Shown here: positions 25,989 to 30,268 of the stretch, in pieces | Layout of the letters: each line of letters begins with the position of its first letter | Numbering within the stretch: position 1 is the stretch's first letter | Source: a virus | Taxonomy: Duplodnaviria; Caudoviricetes | Virus record (IMG/VR): IMGVR_UViG_3300049139_000062 | Location: 1 to 30,268 of that record | DNA: 30,268 bases | Strand: one strand, 5' to 3' | Notes under the pieces: model-generated | What the model saw: only the letters and a program-made list of their open reading frames with translations | What the model was told of the DNA's origin: nothing | Databases searched by the model: none | Made by a program: the position numbers and the translations under genes

Positions 25989-25999
25989 TGGAATGTCTC

Positions 26000-26845
26000 C
26001 TAAATTGACCGGATTGTGGAAAGGAGGCTTTCGACCTCCGCGATGACGGCAGCGTCCTGCATGCCGGTTGAGGCAGCGCCTGGCATGCCTCCTTTCAGAG
26101 CATTGACGAGTTCTCGCCGCTCCGATCTCGTGACGCCGGCTCTTGCGAGCAGCGCGTCGATCTTATGTGCGGCCGCCACTGGGCGGCTCTCCGCTGCATT
26201 CTTAGCCTTGGTCGACACCTCGTCGGAATCCAGCAGGCTATCGGCGAATCCCTTGTCGACGGCATCGGATCCGCCGATCCACGTCTCGCGATCGAGCATC
26301 TTGCCTAGCTCGGTTTCCTTCATGCCGGTACGGGCGGCATAGATGTCGACGGCAGCCTGATCGAATGGCTCCAGCCAATCCGCCACGTCGCGCAGCTGGT
26401 GACGGTCGCCCATCGCAATGACCCAGGTATTGTGGATCATAAGGAAGCCGGCGCGGGCGATCTGGATTTCGTCTCCGGCCATGGCGATGATCGAAGCCGC
26501 CGAAGCGGCAATTCCAAGAACCTTGACTGTCACCTTGGCCGGGTGCTCACGAAGTGTGTTGTAGATCGCCAGGCCTTCGAAATAGTCACCGCCCGGCGAG
26601 TTGATGTTGACAGTCACGTCCTTCTTGCCGATCGCCCGCAGCGCGGCAGAAACCCGCTTGGCGGTCACTCCCTCGCCGAACCAGTCGGCGCCGATCACGT
26701 CGAGGACGGAGATCGTGTTCTCCTCATCCTTTTCGGCGGCTGCGTGCACATCGGCATTCCAGCGGTCGAGCGCCGACGGCATGATCTCGGTGCGCATGCC
26801 GGGACGGGCCGCGATCTGGGCGGCGGGGAGTTTACGCTTGCTCAT
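26000..26845 (-). CDS. ClpP-like (S14) prohead maturation protease
   Basis: INSPGGD, GIAASAAS, FLMIHN, ETW...AVDKGFAD. Confidence 0.93.
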   Translation of the reverse strand: MSKRKLPAAQIAARPGMRTEIMPSALDRWNADVHAAAEKDEENTISVLDVIGADWFGEGVTAKRVSAALRAIGKKDVTVNINSPGGDYFEGLAIYNTLREHPAKVTVKVLGIAASAASIIAMAGDEIQIARAGFLMIHNTWVIAMGDRHQLRDVADWLEPFDQAAVDIYAARTGMKETELGKMLDRETWIGGSDAVDKGFADSLLDSDEVSTKAKNAAESRPVAAAHKIDALLARAGVTRSERRELVNALKGGMPGAASTGMQDAAVIAEVESLLSTIRSI

Positions 26846-28166
26846 CGCGGTTTCCTTCGTTTCCGATGCCAAGCCAGGCCATCATCGCGGCCCGGACCTG
26901 GTTGCCGTCGCCGGCGGCGTCGCCAAGCTTGTCGAGCGGGGCGAGATTGGTCTGTGCGGTCAGCTGATCGGCGCCTGGACGGTTCGGCAGGTTCAACTTG
27001 GCTCGGCCTTCGTTCCGATCCATGAGACCGTTCTGCACCATGCTCGATAGGAAGTTCGCCTTGGCTTTCGAATCCATCTGGAGCAGCGCTTCACGGTTGA
27101 ATTCGGCGTAACGCCGCTTCTTCCCGGTCGGCCGGATCAGCTGCTTCTGGATCCTCGCCTCGATGCGGTCGCAGATCGGGTCGATGCCGAGCGTCAGCCA
27201 AGCGATCAGGATCGCCTCGACGCCAGTGCCCCACATCGTCTGGCCTTGGGCCGCGTGGCCGATGATGATCGGCGGAACGCCGAACCAGCGGCATATTTCC
27301 TCTACGTCGAAACGCCGGGTCTCCAGCATTTGTGCATCTTCCGGGTTGAGCGAGACGTTCTGCCATTTCACGCCCGCCTCTAGGATGCCGACGCCGCCCG
27401 CTTGGCTGCTGCCCTGAAGTGGCTCCACGAGCGCCTTGTGCGCCTGCTTCCGCTGATCTTCCCTCAACACCTGGTCGAACAGGAAAAAGCCCGTCGGGCG
27501 CATACCATTTGCAAAGGTCTTCGCAGCCGCTTCCTGGGAGGCCATGGCCGCGCCGAGCGAGTGTACGCCGGCGGCTATCGGCGACAAACCTTCGTCGGCA
27601 TTCTTCAGCCCCTGCCCGAAACCCTTGATGTGGAACACCTTGTCGCGCGGCAGTTCTTCGGTTTTACCGCGGTCAGTGACCTTATAGATCAGCTCGCCAT
27701 CGTTCTTGCGCCATGGCTTGCAATGCGTGCTCATCAGCGGCTGGAGAGCCGAGAGCGTGCGGCCGGTATAAACCTTCTCCGAATACGCGTTGCCGCTGGT
27801 CATCAGCCAGGCGACCGTGCCTTCCCAATATTCAAGCGGCGTCTGATCCTCGTTTGGGCTGCCGAAGATGACGTCTGCGATATCGTCGTCTTCAACCTTC
27901 ACTCGGCTGTCGTCGGCCTTTTTCTCGTACATCGCGCCAGGCAATGAGGAGACCGCCTGCGCAGAGAGCTTGATGCAAGACCAGGCAGCCGAAAGCTGCA
28001 TCGAGCTCTCGATCGACACCGTCTTGCCGGAATTGCTCTCGCGGCCGAAATAGCTCGACCAGCTGTTCCCATCAGTCAGCCGAAGCCGGCGTTCCTTCGC
28101 GATCTCGTCGGAGATGGCGTTGAACAGCTTGAACGGCGCCGCCGCCGCCTTGACCAGGAAACCCAT
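26832..28166 (-). CDS. HK97-family portal protein
   Basis: PNEDQT..EYW, GNAY, GLSPI, EDAQMLETRRF.VEEICRWFGVPP; TGATG-coupled start at 28166. Confidence 0.95.
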   Translation of the reverse strand: MGFLVKAAAAPFKLFNAISDEIAKERRLRLTDGNSWSSYFGRESNSGKTVSIESSMQLSAAWSCIKLSAQAVSSLPGAMYEKKADDSRVKVEDDDIADVIFGSPNEDQTPLEYWEGTVAWLMTSGNAYSEKVYTGRTLSALQPLMSTHCKPWRKNDGELIYKVTDRGKTEELPRDKVFHIKGFGQGLKNADEGLSPIAAGVHSLGAAMASQEAAAKTFANGMRPTGFFLFDQVLREDQRKQAHKALVEPLQGSSQAGGVGILEAGVKWQNVSLNPEDAQMLETRRFDVEEICRWFGVPPIIIGHAAQGQTMWGTGVEAILIAWLTLGIDPICDRIEARIQKQLIRPTGKKRRYAEFNREALLQMDSKAKANFLSSMVQNGLMDRNEGRAKLNLPNRPGADQLTAQTNLAPLDKLGDAAGDGNQVRAAMMAWLGIGNEGNRDEQA

Positions 28167-29863
28167 CAGCGCATCGCCATGACTGGAGCCGAGAGAAAGT
28201 CGTCGAGGTTCATGGAAGACGCCTCCGGATTCCAGCTCATCAGGATCGCCGCGCATAGAGTGGCGATCAGCGGATCAATCTTGGCGCGGCCTGACACCTG
28301 TTTGGTGATCATGTTGCCGTTGCCCTTCACTTCGACCTTGGCGTTTCCGACCACCCAGTTCATCAAATCCAAGCCGGAATGGATGGCCGTATCGTCGCTG
28401 AGCTTTCGCTCAAGGCCCCAAAGTGCTGGCGAAAGGGCAGGCCCCTGACGGAGACGACGCAGCATTTCGTCGGGAATGCCGCGGCCGACGATCTCTTCGA
28501 TGATCGTCGCGATATTGTTCGGATCGAGCCCGATCGCGTCTTTCTCCGGCAGCAGGCCCGCCTCCCAAAGGCGGACGATGACATCAACGAGCAGAACGAC
28601 GTCGTTCGGCACTTCGGAGAAGGTGAGCGACCCTTCCTCTTCAAAGCCGAGTAGGGTTGAGGCGATTTCCTTCCGACGCTCCAAAACGACCGGATTTGCA
28701 AACGCATGATTCCAGATCAGCCAGCGCCGCGTCTCTTTCTCGCGGCCGATCACCGAAACGCCGAGAAGATCGTCAAGCCCGCCGCCATCTATACCGACGG
28801 TAGCGACCTCGCTGCGCCGGATAAGTTCGTCCAGCGTCAATCGCACGTCGCCGCGGTGCGGCCAGTAATCGGCTCCTCGCCAGCCATCATCAGGCGTGCC
28901 GACGCCGATCTCGATGTTTAGGTGCTGGCTTGCCCAGACCCTGATTGCGTGATCGCCCTTGGTCCGCTCCGACAGCCAGTCGGCGTAAAGGCTTTCCAGA
29001 TGGACAGACTTGCCGAGGTTCGGCATGACCATCGGCCAGTTTTCCGGATCCTGCCACTGCTCCGGATCCGACGCGATCTCCGGCGGAAACTCGTACAGGA
29101 TCGGCAGCATCGGCCGGATGGTCTTGCCGCGGAACTCTCCGTCGCGGATTTTTCTGGCGTAGCGCAGCTCGTCCTTGAAAGCCCCAGTCGGGATCTCGTC
29201 GCTCTGCGTTGTCGTGATCAGCAGCAGGCCTTCGGGCGTCTTCTCCAGGCCGCCCCTGATCTGCCGCAGCACCTTGGTCGTGTGCGGGCTGCGGCCGAGA
29301 AGATGGATCTCGTCGAGCAGGGCAAAGAATAGGATCGACCCGGTCAGGATGTTCACATCGAAGGTCTTAACCTTCAACTCGGATTTGTTGAGCAGGTCCT
29401 CGATCGTCTTGATGTGGTCGCGAGGACGAAAGCGGCGCTTCAGGTCCGCCGATTCTTCGATCATGCCGACCGCCTGCTCATAGGCGCGGTCGGAAACCGC
29501 TTGTGTTGGGCCGATCAGCAGCGCTTCCGCTCGCGGGCGCTGGTTCATCAGCATCGCCGTGACGCCGAGACCGGCGCTGTAGCTGGTCTTCGACGATCCT
29601 TTCGGCACCATCGCGAAGATGTCGCGGATGTGCCGAACTCGATTGACCGGATCCCACGATCCGAATGATGCCCGCACGATGTCGCGGAACCACTGGCCGG
29701 CTGCATGCCGCATCTTCGGCGTGCCAGGCACGTCGGGCAGCTGCAGTTCGTCGAAGAACTGGAGACCCATCTGGGCCTCTTCCTCCAACAACGGCATGTC
29801 CGGGAGCAGCGAACGCCCCTGGCGGATTCTGTCCTGCCAATCGAGACAACTCAAATCCCACAT
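28166..29863 (-). CDS. terL: terminase large subunit
   Basis: VPKGSSKTS (Walker A-like), LLDEIH, ITTTQ, GIDGGGLDD, KIDPLIA. Confidence 0.95.
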   Translation of the reverse strand: MWDLSCLDWQDRIRQGRSLLPDMPLLEEEAQMGLQFFDELQLPDVPGTPKMRHAAGQWFRDIVRASFGSWDPVNRVRHIRDIFAMVPKGSSKTSYSAGLGVTAMLMNQRPRAEALLIGPTQAVSDRAYEQAVGMIEESADLKRRFRPRDHIKTIEDLLNKSELKVKTFDVNILTGSILFFALLDEIHLLGRSPHTTKVLRQIRGGLEKTPEGLLLITTTQSDEIPTGAFKDELRYARKIRDGEFRGKTIRPMLPILYEFPPEIASDPEQWQDPENWPMVMPNLGKSVHLESLYADWLSERTKGDHAIRVWASQHLNIEIGVGTPDDGWRGADYWPHRGDVRLTLDELIRRSEVATVGIDGGGLDDLLGVSVIGREKETRRWLIWNHAFANPVVLERRKEIASTLLGFEEEGSLTFSEVPNDVVLLVDVIVRLWEAGLLPEKDAIGLDPNNIATIIEEIVGRGIPDEMLRRLRQGPALSPALWGLERKLSDDTAIHSGLDLMNWVVGNAKVEVKGNGNMITKQVSGRAKIDPLIATLCAAILMSWNPEASSMNLDDFLSAPVMAMR

Positions 29864-29866
29864 GGA

Positions 29867-30268
29867 TCAGTTGATCTGCTGGCCCTGCCGGCGCGCCATC
29901 AGCTCGCCCAGCGGCGTGCCGATATCCGGCTCATGCGCCGCCTGACGCTCGGCGTCCTTCTTGCCGATCTTCAGTGCCTTGGCCGGCTTTGGCAGCGACG
30001 CCGGCGCGGCAGTCTGGCCATAGAGCATCAGGTCGTTCCGCTCGAGCAGCTTCCTGAATTCCCGAATGGCGCCGACGTTGCCTTCCTGGACACCGTCCCA
30101 AAGCTTCATCGCCACCGCGGCGTCGAGCCGGTCGCGGGCGACGGCCCGGTAGCGCAGCTCGGAAAAATAATGCTTGCGCAGCGTTGGCATCGTGATGAAC
30201 AGCGACGCCGCGATCCGCTTGTTGCTCCAGCCCAGCGCCAGCAACATGCTGACTTTGTTGCGGTTTTG
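29867..30268 (-). CDS. terS: terminase small subunit (5'-truncated)
   Basis: Frame is open to the window edge (QNRNKVSMLLALGWS..IA...TLRKHYFSEL HTH); directly upstream of terL. Confidence 0.75.
   Translation of the reverse strand, partial: QNRNKVSMLLALGWSNKRIAASLFITMPTLRKHYFSELRYRAVARDRLDAAVAMKLWDGVQEGNVGAIREFRKLLERNDLMLYGQTAAPASLPKPAKALKIGKKDAERQAAHEPDIGTPLGELMARRQGQQIN

Noticed and set aside
9814-29945. Numerous long + strand ORFs opposite the structural genes
   Set aside because: Antisense shadow ORFs typical of high-GC coding DNA; no motifs or RBS support.

Overview
The whole window reads as a temperate HK97-like siphophage of an alphaproteobacterium (rhizobial/Mesorhizobium-like, inferred from the tRNA fragments, CtrA box and GTA-like tail tip). 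No host housekeeping genes are visible. The + strand (1-2506) carries small early genes, a DUF4326 protein, an excisionase-like HTH protein and a tyrosine integrase. These are followed by an apparently intact attP (5' half of tRNA-Gln(CTG), arm repeats on both sides, IHF sites), which suggests the excised or free form. From 2.5 to 5.2 kb there is an accessory island with two further orphan att-like sites (tRNA-Val, tRNA-Cys), each next to a cargo gene, plus a possible antisense-RNA switch. The - strand carries terS, terL, portal, ClpP-like protease, capsid, connector/tail genes, a GTA-like tail tip, fibres, an S8 protease, the lysis cassette and an ATP-dependent ligase. Most notable: (1) a glycosyltransferase/acetyltransferase module inside the head-neck operon, one enzyme apparently made by a -1 frameshift at the same A_AAC_CCT heptamer as the tail chaperone; (2) a Flp pilin moron with a CtrA box; (3) the stack of three tRNA-derived att sites; (4) a tail-linked subtilase in a tail tip that lacks the usual NlpC/P60 gene. 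All family calls come from motif recognition by eye, not from database searches.
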